Shown: positions 48,033 through 58,261 of the stretch, one piece after another
How positions within the stretch are numbered: the first letter of the stretch is position 1
Layout of the letters: each line of letters begins with the position of its first letter
Origin: Deltaproteobacteria bacterium
GTDB taxonomy: Bacteria; Myxococcota; Kuafuiibacteriia; Kuafuiibacteriales; Kuafuiibacteriaceae
Length of the DNA stretch: 64,000 nt
Assembly: GCA_040218735.1 (NCBI GenBank)
Contig: JAVJQW010000041.1
Location: 160,001-224,000 of the forward strand
Reading direction: 5' to 3'
Notes under the pieces: model-generated
Databases searched by the model: none
What the model saw: only the letters and a program-made list of their open reading frames with translations
What the model was told of the DNA's origin: nothing
Program-made: the position numbers and the translations under genes

Positions 48033-49346
48033 ATGCTCGACTTCCGGAAGCTGGCCGACGACCTCGACACCTACCGCGCCGCCCTCGGGCGCCGTCCGAC
48101 CTTCGATACGTCGCTGTTGGACCGCGTGAAGGACCTCTGGGCCGACCGGGCGTCGGCCATTCAGAAGACGCAGACGCTCCAGGCCGAAAAGAACCGCCAG
48201 AATGCAGAAATGAAGCGGATCTTCAAGGAGGGGACCGACGACGAGAAGAAGGCCGCCCGGGAGAACCAGCGGGCGCTGTCGGACGAGATCAAGGGGCTGG
48301 AGGCCCGCGTGAACGAGGTCGAGGAGGAACTGTCGCAGCTGATGCTCGACATCCCGAACGTCCCCCACACGTCGGTCCCGAACGGGGAGGGCGAGGCCGA
48401 CAACCAGGTCGTCCGCCACTGGGGCGAAAAACCCACGTTCGACTTCGCGGCGCGCGACCACGTCTCGATCGGGCAGGACTGCCTCGGGCTCTTCGACTTC
48501 GACCGCGCCGGCAAGCTGACCGGGTCGCGCTTCTCGGTCCAGTACGACGGCCTCGCCCGGCTCGAGCGCGCGGTCGCGATGTTCATGCTCGACACCCACA
48601 CCGCGGAGCACGGCTACCGTGAGGTGGCGGTGCCGTACCTCGTGAACTCGGCGGCGCTGACCGGCACCGGGCAGCTCCCGAAGTTCGCCGACGACCAGTT
48701 CAAGGTCCCGTACAACGACAACGTCGACTACTGGCTGATCCCCACCGCGGAGGTGCCGGTCACGAACCTGTACGCGGACTCGATCCTCATGCCGGACGAC
48801 GGACCGCTGCCGCACACCTACTGCTGCCACACGCCGTGTTTCCGCAAGGAGGCCGGCGCCGCCGGGCGCGACACCCGCGGCATCCTTCGGCAGCACCAGT
48901 TCCACAAGGTGGAGCTCGTGCGCTTCGTGGATCCCGAGACGTCGTACGACGAGCTCGAAAAGCTCGTGGGTCACGCCGAGGCGATCCTGCAGAAACTCGA
49001 GCTGCACTACCGCGTGTCGCTGTTGTGCACCGGCGACATGAGCGCCAACGCGGCGAAGTGCTACGATCTGGAAGTGTGGCTCCCGGGCCAGGACGAGTAC
49101 CGCGAGATCTCGAGCTGCTCGAACTTCGAGGACTTCCAGGCGCGGCGCGCGAAGATTCGTTACAAGACCGAGGCGAAGGGCAAGGCGCGCCTGCTTCATA
49201 CACTGAATGGATCGGGCCTCGCGACGGGCCGCACGGTTGTCGCGATCCTCGAGCAGTACCAGGACGCGGACGGCGGCGTGCGCATCCCGAAGGTGTTGCT
49301 GCCGTACATGGGCGGCGTCGAACGCCTGGAGCCCAAGGCGTCGTGA
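48033..49346 (+). CDS. serS: Serine--tRNA ligase
   Basis: MLD start, [48 protein letters not shown]. Confidence 0.97.
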   Translation: MLDFRKLADDLDTYRAALGRRPTFDTSLLDRVKDLWADRASAIQKTQTLQAEKNRQNAEMKRIFKEGTDDEKKAARENQRALSDEIKGLEARVNEVEEELSQLMLDIPNVPHTSVPNGEGEADNQVVRHWGEKPTFDFAARDHVSIGQDCLGLFDFDRAGKLTGSRFSVQYDGLARLERAVAMFMLDTHTAEHGYREVAVPYLVNSAALTGTGQLPKFADDQFKVPYNDNVDYWLIPTAEVPVTNLYADSILMPDDGPLPHTYCCHTPCFRKEAGAAGRDTRGILRQHQFHKVELVRFVDPETSYDELEKLVGHAEAILQKLELHYRVSLLCTGDMSANAAKCYDLEVWLPGQDEYREISSCSNFEDFQARRAKIRYKTEAKGKARLLHTLNGSGLATGRTVVAILEQYQDADGGVRIPKVLLPYMGGVERLEPKAS

Positions 49347-49900
49347 GGCGCTGGGCCGGATCCCTGCTCGTCCTCGCTGTGTGCTCGGCTTGCTCGGGCA
49401 CGAGCGGGGACGACGATCCGGCCGACGCCGGCCCCGAGCCCGACGGCTCGACGCGCGACGGCGGCGTGCTCGAAGGGGACTTCGGCGTCGAGGTCGGCAC
49501 TGGCCTCGTCGCGTTCGAGACCGTCGACGGCGACGACGTCCTCGACCTGATCCAGGGCCCCCAGAGCGCCGGACGTTACGGCGGCTACCACATCTGGATG
49601 GCGGTGCGGCTCGTCGACATCGAGCCGATCGACGTCGACATCATTACGCTGTCGATCGAGACGAGCACGACGGTCGAGGCCATGGTCATGCGCCGCCCCG
49701 CGGGCCTCCCGTTCGAACCTTGCGACGACGGTCAGTGCGCCGCCGGCTTCGCGCCGCGGCTCGACGACTGCTGCCGGGTCTCCGAGCAGCCCGTGACGCT
49801 GAAGGCGTTTGTGATCGCGAAGAACCGCCGCATGGTCTCGGCGTCCGTCGAAGCGAAAGCGGGCGCGTGCCTCGACGCGGAAGCGCCGGTCTGCGACTGA
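49343..49900 (+). CDS. Hypothetical lipoprotein
   Basis: GTGA overlap with serS; lipobox VCSAC; GPQ..GGYHIW motif. Confidence 0.65.
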   Translation: MRRWAGSLLVLAVCSACSGTSGDDDPADAGPEPDGSTRDGGVLEGDFGVEVGTGLVAFETVDGDDVLDLIQGPQSAGRYGGYHIWMAVRLVDIEPIDVDIITLSIETSTTVEAMVMRRPAGLPFEPCDDGQCAAGFAPRLDDCCRVSEQPVTLKAFVIAKNRRMVSASVEAKAGACLDAEAPVCD

Positions 49901-49909
49901 CGCCGCGAC

Positions 49910-52201
49910 TCAGTTGCAGTCGGTCTCTTGCACCAGGCCGACCGGCGATCCGTAACCGTTGTCCTCGAGCGTCGGCGTCGAGCCGCAGTCCACGTACAGG
50001 TCCGCCATCGCGTTGCTGCCGAAGCTCGTGGAGCGGATCGAGACGCGCGCGCCGGTGCCCTCGAGGGTGACGCCGCCGCGGTGCCCGGGGCTCTGGCCAC
50101 CGGCGAACGCGATGCGGGTGTGCTCGAGGCGGCTCGTGCGGGACATCGCGCCGAAGCGCAGGCCGGCCCAGCTGCCGGGGACCGGGTCGTCGATCGCGCT
50201 CGTGAAGACCACGCGCTCCGAGGTGCCGCCGCTCGCGACGAGCGCGCCGCCGTAGGTCGTGCCGATCGCGAGGGAGGCGTCCGGCTCGAACCGAAGCTCG
50301 AGGCCCGCGCCGAGGGTGACCTCCGGCTCCGTGGCGCCATCGACGACGACCGTCCCGCGCACCGTCCACGGGAGCTCGCCCTTCGCCCACAGCGCCGAGC
50401 GCAGGACCTCGCCCCCCAAGATGACGTTCGCGGAGACGTCCGAGAAACGGGTGTCGCTGCCGACGCTCGCGACCGCGCTCGGGGCGAGCAGGAAGCCGAC
50501 CTGCGAAGAGACGATCGTGTTGCCCGAGAACATCGCGAACTCGAACCCCTCCGCGGTCGCGGCGATCGCCGACTGCCGGCAGTCTACGAACGTGCTGTCC
50601 TCGATCGCGATCCCGTCCCGCGCGACGCCGAGGATGCTCACGCAGCCGCTGACGTTCGGGCCGGGGGCGCCGCCGTCCCGCACTTCGACGTGGGCGAGGT
50701 GAGAGCCGGTCGCGGCGCGCGTGCCGAACACCAGGCCGCGCCAGGCCGCGCCGTCTGCGCCCGCCAGGACCACCGGAGCGCTGCCGGTGCCCTGCGCGAC
50801 GAGCGCGCCGGGGTTCGTCGTGCCGATCTCGATCCAGCGGTCCGCCGCCATCTCGAGCACGAGCCCCTCGCCGAGCGTGAGGACCGGGGCGTCCTCGCCG
50901 CGCACGCGAACGTCGTTGGTCACGCGCCAGGGGATGCTCTGCGCAACCCAGGTTGCATCGCTGCGCACCGTGCCACCGAACGTCACGTTGCGGGGCACGT
51001 CGACGAACGTCGTCACGGGGATCGAGCCGAGGACGTCGGCGCGCACCGAGAGCCCGACGGGGGCGCGTGTGATCGTCACGCCCGACATCACGTCGAACGC
51101 GAGGTCCGCGCTCTCCGACGCGCCGATCGCGGCGAGCGCGCAGTCGTCGAACGTCACGTCGCTCAGACGCACGGCGGCCTGCGCGCGAACGTCCAGCGAG
51201 AGGCAGCCGAGCACCATCGTCCCGGCGGCGCCTGCGCGGCCGATCCGCGTGTGCGCGAGCGAAGCCTCCGAGGCGTGAGGGCCCAACACGACGCCGTGCC
51301 ACCGCTCCGTCTCTGAGCCCGACGTCAGCTCGACCGCCGCCTCGGCGCCCCCCGTCGTCCGTAGCGCGCCGGGTTCTTCGAGGCCGACCGCGAGCCAGCG
51401 GTCCGCCGGGAAGCGGAGCTTCACGCCCGCGTCGAGGGTGAGGACGGGGGCGTTCGGACCACCGACGACGAGGTCACCCTCGACATCCCACGGGACGCCG
51501 GTCGCGCGCAGCGTGGTGTCGGCGAGGATCGGCGCGCTCAGGAGGATGTTCCGCGTCGCTCCGCCGAGCTCGAGCGCCGGGAGGTTCCGGGCCGCGTCCG
51601 GCGTCGCGCTGACGCCGACGACCGTGTCGACGAACGTCACGTTCGAGAGCCCCACGCGCCCGCGGTCGAGCACCAGCCCCGGCCCGACGCACCGGACGAG
51701 CTCGACGTTCGACAGCTCGAGGACGTCGGCCGCGAGCTGCTGCACGGAGACACACCCGCGACGTGGGTCGTTCGCGACACCCGCGCCCTCGACCGTCACG
51801 TGTTGAACCCGGCTCGAAGGCATCGTCCCGCCCGCGAAGACGATGCCGCCCCAGGAGCGCCCGTTCCCCGTCGGGTCCGGCGCGCTGACGAAGCGGATCG
51901 GCGCGTCCTGGGTGCCGGCCGCGACGAGGCTCCCGGGGCTCCCTTCGCCGACGATCAGCGAGGCGCCCGGGTCGAAGACCAACGTCGTCCCGGGCGCGAT
52001 CGTGAGCGTGTGGCCGTCGTCGACGATGACGTCGGCCGTGACGCGCAGGCTGCGGCAGTCCGCGGACTGGAGGGTGCGATCTGCGCCGAGCCGCCCCGTG
52101 TCGGCGACACACGGCGAGGGCGTCGCGAAGGTCGCGCTGTCACCGCAGGCTGCGTTGCAGGCCCCGAGGGCCGCGCCGAACAAGAGCAGGTACCGATTCA
52201 T
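49910..52201 (-). CDS. Lipoprotein with repeated right-handed beta-helix modules
   Basis: Lipobox LGAC; recurring LTL.PG..L.F / L.A.GT...P / W.G..F / GC.S units. Confidence 0.75.
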   Translation of the reverse strand: MNRYLLLFGAALGACNAACGDSATFATPSPCVADTGRLGADRTLQSADCRSLRVTADVIVDDGHTLTIAPGTTLVFDPGASLIVGEGSPGSLVAAGTQDAPIRFVSAPDPTGNGRSWGGIVFAGGTMPSSRVQHVTVEGAGVANDPRRGCVSVQQLAADVLELSNVELVRCVGPGLVLDRGRVGLSNVTFVDTVVGVSATPDAARNLPALELGGATRNILLSAPILADTTLRATGVPWDVEGDLVVGGPNAPVLTLDAGVKLRFPADRWLAVGLEEPGALRTTGGAEAAVELTSGSETERWHGVVLGPHASEASLAHTRIGRAGAAGTMVLGCLSLDVRAQAAVRLSDVTFDDCALAAIGASESADLAFDVMSGVTITRAPVGLSVRADVLGSIPVTTFVDVPRNVTFGGTVRSDATWVAQSIPWRVTNDVRVRGEDAPVLTLGEGLVLEMAADRWIEIGTTNPGALVAQGTGSAPVVLAGADGAAWRGLVFGTRAATGSHLAHVEVRDGGAPGPNVSGCVSILGVARDGIAIEDSTFVDCRQSAIAATAEGFEFAMFSGNTIVSSQVGFLLAPSAVASVGSDTRFSDVSANVILGGEVLRSALWAKGELPWTVRGTVVVDGATEPEVTLGAGLELRFEPDASLAIGTTYGGALVASGGTSERVVFTSAIDDPVPGSWAGLRFGAMSRTSRLEHTRIAFAGGQSPGHRGGVTLEGTGARVSIRSTSFGSNAMADLYVDCGSTPTLEDNGYGSPVGLVQETDCN

Positions 52202-52281
52202 CACGGCGGGGTGCGCGTCTGCGCTCGCCCCTCAGCATACTCGCGTCCAGGTGCGGGCGGCAGCTTTTCGCGCGAAGGCGG

Positions 52282-52989
52282 TCAGGGGACGTCGCGCCAG
52301 AGCCGGATTCCGCCGAGCAGTCCCGCGACGTTGGGGACGATACACACGTTGTCCGGGAGGTTGCCCTTCAGCTTCTTGGCGTTTCCGCCGCCGACGTGGA
52401 TCAGGCGGGGATTCCAGATGGGCTGGATCTGCGCCAGCACCCGGCGGACGCGTTTGTTCCAGGCCTTGTCGCCGATGGCCTTGAGCGCCGCCTTGCCGAT
52501 GTACTCCTCGTACGTGCGCTTCTTCGTGAGCGGGTGGTGTCCCAGCTCGAGGTTCGGGACGAGGTGGCCATCCACGAACAGCGCCGACCCCATCCCGGTG
52601 CCGAGGGTCAGCACCATCTCGACACCCTCACCCTCGATCACCCCGAGGCCTTGGACGTCGGCGTCGTTCGCGATGCGCACCATCCGCTCCGTCGCGACCT
52701 CCAGCTCGCGGCCGAGCGGGAACTGGGCCCACTCGCCGTCGAGGTTCGGCGCCGTATGTACGACGTTGTCGACGACGACCCCCGGAAAGCCTACGGACAC
52801 GCGCTCGAACGCGGGCTGGGGTTTGATGACCGCCATGATCGCGGCGACGACCGCCTCGGGTGTCGCCGGCCGCGGCGTACGCACGCGGACGCGCTCGGAG
52901 ATGGGCTCGCCGGCCTCGTCGAGGACCATCGACTTGATACCGGTCCCCCCCACATCGATCGTGAGGGTGGCGCGGGCGACATCGGACAT
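52282..52989 (-). CDS. ppgK: ROK-family polyphosphate glucokinase-like kinase
   Basis: IDVGGTGIK, TPRPATP, GFPGVV, NDADVQG, TLGTGMGSALF, LVPNLELGH, GGGN; GAGGAG RBS. Confidence 0.8.
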   Translation of the reverse strand: MSDVARATLTIDVGGTGIKSMVLDEAGEPISERVRVRTPRPATPEAVVAAIMAVIKPQPAFERVSVGFPGVVVDNVVHTAPNLDGEWAQFPLGRELEVATERMVRIANDADVQGLGVIEGEGVEMVLTLGTGMGSALFVDGHLVPNLELGHHPLTKKRTYEEYIGKAALKAIGDKAWNKRVRRVLAQIQPIWNPRLIHVGGGNAKKLKGNLPDNVCIVPNVAGLLGGIRLWRDVP

Positions 52990-53057
52990 CACGTCCCGAT
53001 ACTCCTCTTTTTGCTCGAAGCAAAGCGTGCAGGAATCTGTGATATCCCTGCCTTGCC

Positions 53058-54968
53058 GTGTCGGATGCACATGAACACGCGGCCCTGGTCCGCCTGATCC
53101 TCGACCACGCGCCCGTGACGATCTGGGCGATCGATCTCGAGGGCAACGTCGTGCTCTCCGAGGGGCGCGCGAACGTCGCCGCCGGTCGGCCGTACCTCGG
53201 CACGAGCCTCAAGGGGATGCTGGGCGAGGACAACCCGCTGTGGCGCAACCACCTCCGCGCGATGGAGGGCGAAATCGTGCGCGCCAACGGCGCCCACGAG
53301 GGTGTGCAGTACGACTCGACGTACCTCCCCATCCGCGACGCCGAAGGGCGCATCACCGGCGTACTCGGCCTCGGCGCCGACATCTCGGAGCGCGCCGCCG
53401 CCCACGACGAGCTGCGCCGAACCGAGGCCATCACCGCCAAGCTGATCGACACCATCCCGGCCGGCGTCGTCCTCGTCAGCACCGACGGCAACATCCTCGA
53501 GGCCAACCAGAAGGCCTGCGAGGTCCTGGGCCTCACCCGCGACGAGCTCAACCAGCGCGTCGTCCAGGACTTCGAGACCAAGACGATCTACGAGGACGGC
53601 GAGGAGTGCCCCGTCGAGGACTATCCGGTCGTGCGATGTTTGCAGACCGGGCAGCCCCAACCGGCGCTCCTCCTCGGCGTGCACCGACCGGATCGTGCCG
53701 TGCGGTGGGCGGTGTTCTCCGCCGTCCCCGCGCACCACCCGGACACCGGCGTGCTGCTCGGGGCGATCGTCAGCTTCCTCGACGTCACGGAGTCTCGCGC
53801 CGCCGACGAGGAGCGACGAAAGCTCGAGGAGCGCCTCGCCCACACGCAGAAGATGGAAGCGATCGGACGTCTCGCGGGCGGGATCGCGCACGACTTCAAC
53901 AACCTCCTCGTCGCGATCCTCGGGCACGCCGAAGTCGTCAGACTCGACGCGGAGCCGGGGTCGGGCCTCGAGCGCAGCGCCAACACGATCACCCACGCCG
54001 CGCAGCGCGCAGCGCAGCTCACGGAGCAGCTGCTCGGCTTCGCGCGGAAGGGCAAGAAGGAACACGTGCCGGTCGACCTCGACCACACCGTGCATCGCGT
54101 CCTTCAGCTCCTGTCGCGCACGATCGACAAACGGATCGTCACGCAGCACACGCCGCACCCCGGCGGCGCGTGGATCGCGGGGGACTCCGGGCAGATCGAG
54201 CAGGTCCTCGTGAACCTCGCGCTCAACGCGTGCGACGCGATGCCGAGCGGCGGCGAGCTCACGTTCTCGATCGTCGCGAAGGACGTCGACGGTGAGCCTC
54301 GCCTGCACCTCGTGGTTCGCGACACCGGAACGGGCATCCCACCCGAGGTGGCGGATCAGATCTTCGAGCCGTTCTTCACGACCAAGGACGTCGGGAAGGG
54401 CACCGGAATGGGGCTCGCGGTCGCCTACGGAATCGCGCGCAGCCACGGCGGTTGGCTCCGGCTCCTGGAGACGGGCTCCACCGGGACCGCGTTCGTGCTC
54501 GACCTCCCGCGGGTGTCGCTGAGCGCGATGTCGGAGGAGGTGACGCCGCGGCCGGAGTCGTTGCAGCGCGCGCGGATCCTCCTCGTCGACGACGAGCCGC
54601 TCCCGCGCGAGACCACGCAGATGAGCTTGGAGTCCCTGGGGCACGAGGTCGTCGCGGCGAGCGACGCCGCGCAGGCGGTGCTCGAGCTGTCGCGGAGCCC
54701 GAAGGGGTTCGACGTGGTGTTACTCGACTTCGTCATGCCCCGCGTTCGGGGCGACGATTGTTTCAAGGCGCTGCGCGCGATCGATCCGAACGTGCGGGTG
54801 ATCGTGATGTCGGGGCTCGCGGACAACGCGATCGTATCGTTCGTCCGCGACGAGGGTGTGGCGGGATTTCTGCCGAAGCCGTTCACGCGCGCGCAGCTCG
54901 CGCGCGCCGTGGACGACGTGGTGCTCGCGCGGGCTACGGGACGCGCTGGTCCGGGATCCGAATCGTAA
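53058..54968 (+). CDS. PAS-PAS hybrid histidine kinase/response regulator
   Basis: GRLAGGIAHDFNN H-box, NACDA, DTGTGI, FEPFFTTK, GTGMGL; receiver LVDDE...D..MP...KPF. Confidence 0.93.
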   Translation: MSDAHEHAALVRLILDHAPVTIWAIDLEGNVVLSEGRANVAAGRPYLGTSLKGMLGEDNPLWRNHLRAMEGEIVRANGAHEGVQYDSTYLPIRDAEGRITGVLGLGADISERAAAHDELRRTEAITAKLIDTIPAGVVLVSTDGNILEANQKACEVLGLTRDELNQRVVQDFETKTIYEDGEECPVEDYPVVRCLQTGQPQPALLLGVHRPDRAVRWAVFSAVPAHHPDTGVLLGAIVSFLDVTESRAADEERRKLEERLAHTQKMEAIGRLAGGIAHDFNNLLVAILGHAEVVRLDAEPGSGLERSANTITHAAQRAAQLTEQLLGFARKGKKEHVPVDLDHTVHRVLQLLSRTIDKRIVTQHTPHPGGAWIAGDSGQIEQVLVNLALNACDAMPSGGELTFSIVAKDVDGEPRLHLVVRDTGTGIPPEVADQIFEPFFTTKDVGKGTGMGLAVAYGIARSHGGWLRLLETGSTGTAFVLDLPRVSLSAMSEEVTPRPESLQRARILLVDDEPLPRETTQMSLESLGHEVVAASDAAQAVLELSRSPKGFDVVLLDFVMPRVRGDDCFKALRAIDPNVRVIVMSGLADNAIVSFVRDEGVAGFLPKPFTRAQLARAVDDVVLARATGRAGPGSES

Positions 54969-55464
54969 TCGGGTTGCGCGGCGTGAAGTCCTCGCGCGGC
55001 TGGAGCGTCGACCCGTCCGGGAGCGTCGCGCCGCCGCCGTTGACGCCGGGGAGCGTCGGTCCGCGGACGGGGACGTCGACCTCACCGGGCTCGCCGGGAG
55101 GCGCCTGACCGTCGGGGAGCGTACCCGGCGCGGTCGGGAGCGGCGCTTCGATCGGCGCGACCGGGTTGTTGATCTGCGTCTCGGCGATGTTGCGCGCGAT
55201 GTACGAGCCGCCGACGGCGGCGGCGATCATCGTACCGACGACGGCGGCGCCGATGAGGAGCTTCCGGAAGAAGCCCGTCTTGCGGGTCGCCTGCGTGCGG
55301 GCAGGTGCGTCGGCCTTCGTCGTGGCGTCCTGCGCGTCCGCGGTCTGCACCGCGCCGGTCGCGGGGGCGTCGGCGACGGGCTGCTGCGCGCCGACGTTGG
55401 CGTCGCGTCCGGGGACGAAGGGCTGGTGGTCGATGGAACCAGAATCGCGGGGGGTCACGGGCAT
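54934..55464 (-). CDS. Hypothetical single-pass membrane protein (disordered N-terminus, Pro-rich C-terminus)
   Basis: 11 nt downstream of the DcrB-like gene; TM FFRKLLIGAAVVGTMIAAAVGG; 35-bp convergent overlap with the kinase. Confidence 0.55.
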   Translation of the reverse strand: MPVTPRDSGSIDHQPFVPGRDANVGAQQPVADAPATGAVQTADAQDATTKADAPARTQATRKTGFFRKLLIGAAVVGTMIAAAVGGSYIARNIAETQINNPVAPIEAPLPTAPGTLPDGQAPPGEPGEVDVPVRGPTLPGVNGGGATLPDGSTLQPREDFTPRNPITIRIPDQRVP

Positions 55465-55475
55465 GACTGAAAACC

Positions 55476-55922
55476 TCAGGCGTCCACCGACTCGCGGCGG
55501 ACACTTCGAGCGATCGACTCGAAGAGCGAACGGTGCGCGTCGATCCGGTCGACCGCACAGGTGAACGAGAGCAGGGCGACGTCCCCGACGGGGGTCGCGA
55601 AGAAGTACTGGAGCTGGTGGAGCGCGACCGCGTCGCGCGTCTCGAAGCGCTGCTCCGAACGGAACGCGGGGGCGCCGTCGATCTCGGCCGGGCCCTCGTC
55701 GACGATCGCGTGGGCCTTCACCGTCTTGGCGTGTGAGGCGACCAACCGGCGGGCCAGGGTCTCGAGCGGCGTCTTGCCGGCCGCGGACTCCCGCGTCAGC
55801 GAGACGGAGGGCGCACCTTCGTCGGCGGTCTGCTCCGCGCGGTCGGTGAGCGTGACGACGGAGAGATCGGACCACTTCGGGGGCGCCGCGAAGGCGATCT
55901 CTCCGTAGTGAAAGCTCCGCAT
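55476..55922 (-). CDS. DcrB/DUF1795 (Mog1p/PsbP-fold) protein
   Basis: F..P..WSD.SV.., SVSLTRE, IDG.PA, HQLQY, LLSFT, F..I..S pattern. Confidence 0.72.
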   Translation of the reverse strand: MRSFHYGEIAFAAPPKWSDLSVVTLTDRAEQTADEGAPSVSLTRESAAGKTPLETLARRLVASHAKTVKAHAIVDEGPAEIDGAPAFRSEQRFETRDAVALHQLQYFFATPVGDVALLSFTCAVDRIDAHRSLFESIARSVRRESVDA

Positions 55923-55943
55923 CTCTCAGGCCCCTCCCATCGC

Positions 55944-55971
55944 TTATCGGAGAGTGGGCGCATGAAGTTGT
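55944..55971 (-). promoter_or_regulatory. Possible sigma28-type promoter (ACAACTTC-N12-TCCGATAA)
   Basis: TCCGATAA 21 nt upstream of the ATG at 55922; weak -35 match. Confidence 0.35.
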
Positions 55972-56037
55972 GTGACCTACATGGATCTTCAGGACGGACC
56001 GCCGGTCCGGACCCGAGCTTGGGCCCAGATCGCGGGT

Positions 56038-58221
56038 TTACTTGGCCGAGAAGACCCCGAGATCCACCACGGCGCCCTCGGGGTTCACGTAGTCGACCCC
56101 GAACTTGCCGTCCCCGAGGTCCGCGATGACCAGATCGGAGCGCCCGGCCTCGGCGGTGAAGCCGCGGTCCCCCGAGCGCCCGCCGAACGCCGAGCTCGGG
56201 CCCGCGTTGTCGCCGTCGGTGTGGCCGACCGCGTGGAGGTGGGCCGTCACGACCGACGCGAGCGGGTTCACCTGCGCCGGGAAGCGGAAGCTGTTGTTGC
56301 TCTCGGCGGCGTCCGGCTTCAGCGGGACGAACCGCGGCGCGCCCCCTTCTACGACGAACATGCCGCCCAGCTCCGTGGTGTCGTCGGCCTGGTCCGCCTC
56401 GATCTGCGCGCCGATCGTCTTGCGGACGGCGCCGTCCTCGAGCGCGTTGAGCAGCCAGTCGATCCGCACCAGGTCACTCGTCGAGAGTTTGTCGACGTGG
56501 TCCTCGAAGCGCTCCGAGTACTCCGCCGCGCGGTCCGAGCGATGCGCGTGCGGCGTCGCCGTGAGGCGCTCCGTGAGCGAGGTGATCAACGCGTCGCGCG
56601 GCTGGGGCGTGGCGACCGACCACACGTAGACGTCGTCGAGGCGCGCGTCGGGGTCGTGCTTCTGGGCGCGCTGAATCGCCTGCTTCGAAGGGACATCGTC
56701 CTGGTCGGGGTGCTCGATGAACCGCTGCGCCAACGACGCGAGCTCACCGCGCGTGAGCGAGCGACCCAGGCGCTCCGCCACCGCATCGAGCCGCGCGAAG
56801 ATGGCGTCGTCGAGGGCGTCGACGGTCGCGAGGTTTGCGATGTTGTTGAAGTCCACGGCCGCTTCTCCGCCGTCGATGCGGGCGAGGACCTTCTCGAGCC
56901 GCGCTGCGTCCGCACCGCCTGCGACGCGGATCGCCACGACCGGGAGCGCCTCGACCGTCAGCCGCCGCCCCTCACCGACCCACGCACGCGCGCCTTCGAG
57001 CAGCGCCGCGAAGTCGACGTCGACGTGCCGCGCGCCCATCTTGGAGGGCGGGTCGATCCACATCCGAACCTCGTCGCGGTCGGCGCGGAGCGTCAGCAGC
57101 GACGTGAAGTCCGTGAGCGCCGCGGGACCGCCGGGGTACGGCGACATCCTCAGGCCGTCCGTCCACTCCAGGCCGACCGCCTCGAGCTGCGCGGCGCGTT
57201 CGATCATTCGATCCACACCCGCGTCGTCCCACCGCCCGAGCGCCACCACGTCGATCGGCGTGGGGGTGTACGCGAGCGCGGCGTCAGCGCGCGCCGCGCG
57301 GGCCGCGCCGTCGGCGTCGTAGTGCGGCGCGAGCGCGACCGCGACGACGTCCTGCAGCATGTCCCGAGGCCACGCTTCGAAGCTGGCGAGCCGCGCGTCG
57401 ACGTTCTCGGGGTGCAGCGATCCGAGTGTCCTCAGCCACGCCTTCTCGTGCGGCGACAGCGAAGCGGGTGAACGGCCCGACGCCACCCCGTACCCTTCGA
57501 CCACGGCCGCGAGCCCGATCCGGTAGGCGGCGTTGGTGTCGCTCGGTTTCAGGAACCCCTCCAGCGCCTCGGCCGCCTCGTCCCCGTAGGGCGTGAGCCT
57601 CGCGTCGAGCTCGGCGACGCGCGCGGTGGCGGCGTCCAGCTTGGCGAGGACCTCGGCGTGCTGGCCGGGGTACGCGGCGATCAGCGCCTCGACGTCGGCG
57701 ACGGCGCCCTCCAGTCGCTGCTTCTCGTTCGCGTCGTCCTCGAGGACGAGGTCCTTGTCCCACGACTCCAGGCCCGTCGTGTCCGCGGGCGTCCAGGCCG
57801 CGAGGGCCGCCTGCGCCTTTTCGAGCTCCTCGTCGAGGATCGGGCGGTTGCGTTCGTGCGAGGAGACGTTGATGCGCGCCACGGCCAGCGCGCTGACGGC
57901 CTCGCCGTACGCCTGCATCACGGACTGGTTCGCGTGGTACCGCTCGAGCGCCGGACCGCTCTCGTCCGCGGCGACCCACTCGATGGGGGCGCCCTTCGTC
58001 GTCGCGCCGGCGGCTCCGGCGCGTGCCGCGGCCGCCGGGAGGGCGACGCCCTGGGCGAGCATCAGCAGGGTCAGCCCGGTGGCGACCTTCCGCCGGACGC
58101 TCATCGACAGATCCGCCAGGCGGGGGCCAAAGGGCACGAACAGGCCCTTCGAGCGCACCTTGGTCGGTTGCTCCGTCGTGTCGACGCCCTGAATCGAGCG
58201 CCCCTGAACCCGGCTGATCAC
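56038..58221 (-). CDS. Large exported/membrane protein with coiled coil and C-terminal JAB/MPN-like domain (alternative start 58104)
   Basis: Hydrophobic segment VATGLTLLMLAQGVALPAAAARA; C-terminal ELGG...AHLH...AGPS...GD. Confidence 0.6.
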   Translation of the reverse strand: MISRVQGRSIQGVDTTEQPTKVRSKGLFVPFGPRLADLSMSVRRKVATGLTLLMLAQGVALPAAAARAGAAGATTKGAPIEWVAADESGPALERYHANQSVMQAYGEAVSALAVARINVSSHERNRPILDEELEKAQAALAAWTPADTTGLESWDKDLVLEDDANEKQRLEGAVADVEALIAAYPGQHAEVLAKLDAATARVAELDARLTPYGDEAAEALEGFLKPSDTNAAYRIGLAAVVEGYGVASGRSPASLSPHEKAWLRTLGSLHPENVDARLASFEAWPRDMLQDVVAVALAPHYDADGAARAARADAALAYTPTPIDVVALGRWDDAGVDRMIERAAQLEAVGLEWTDGLRMSPYPGGPAALTDFTSLLTLRADRDEVRMWIDPPSKMGARHVDVDFAALLEGARAWVGEGRRLTVEALPVVAIRVAGGADAARLEKVLARIDGGEAAVDFNNIANLATVDALDDAIFARLDAVAERLGRSLTRGELASLAQRFIEHPDQDDVPSKQAIQRAQKHDPDARLDDVYVWSVATPQPRDALITSLTERLTATPHAHRSDRAAEYSERFEDHVDKLSTSDLVRIDWLLNALEDGAVRKTIGAQIEADQADDTTELGGMFVVEGGAPRFVPLKPDAAESNNSFRFPAQVNPLASVVTAHLHAVGHTDGDNAGPSSAFGGRSGDRGFTAEAGRSDLVIADLGDGKFGVDYVNPEGAVVDLGVFSAK

Positions 58222-58261
58222 GTGGCCGAAGGAGTTATCGCACTCGGGGGCGGATTCGTCC

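Noticed and set aside
46587-49199. 870-aa ORF suggesting a long N-terminal extension of the vWA lipoprotein
   Set aside because: Upstream part is antisense to serS; the lipobox start at 47981 defines the gene.
52995-53002. CCCGATAC upstream of the hybrid kinase as another sigma28 box
   Set aside because: Coincides with the RBS spacer of the divergent ppgK gene and has no -35 match.
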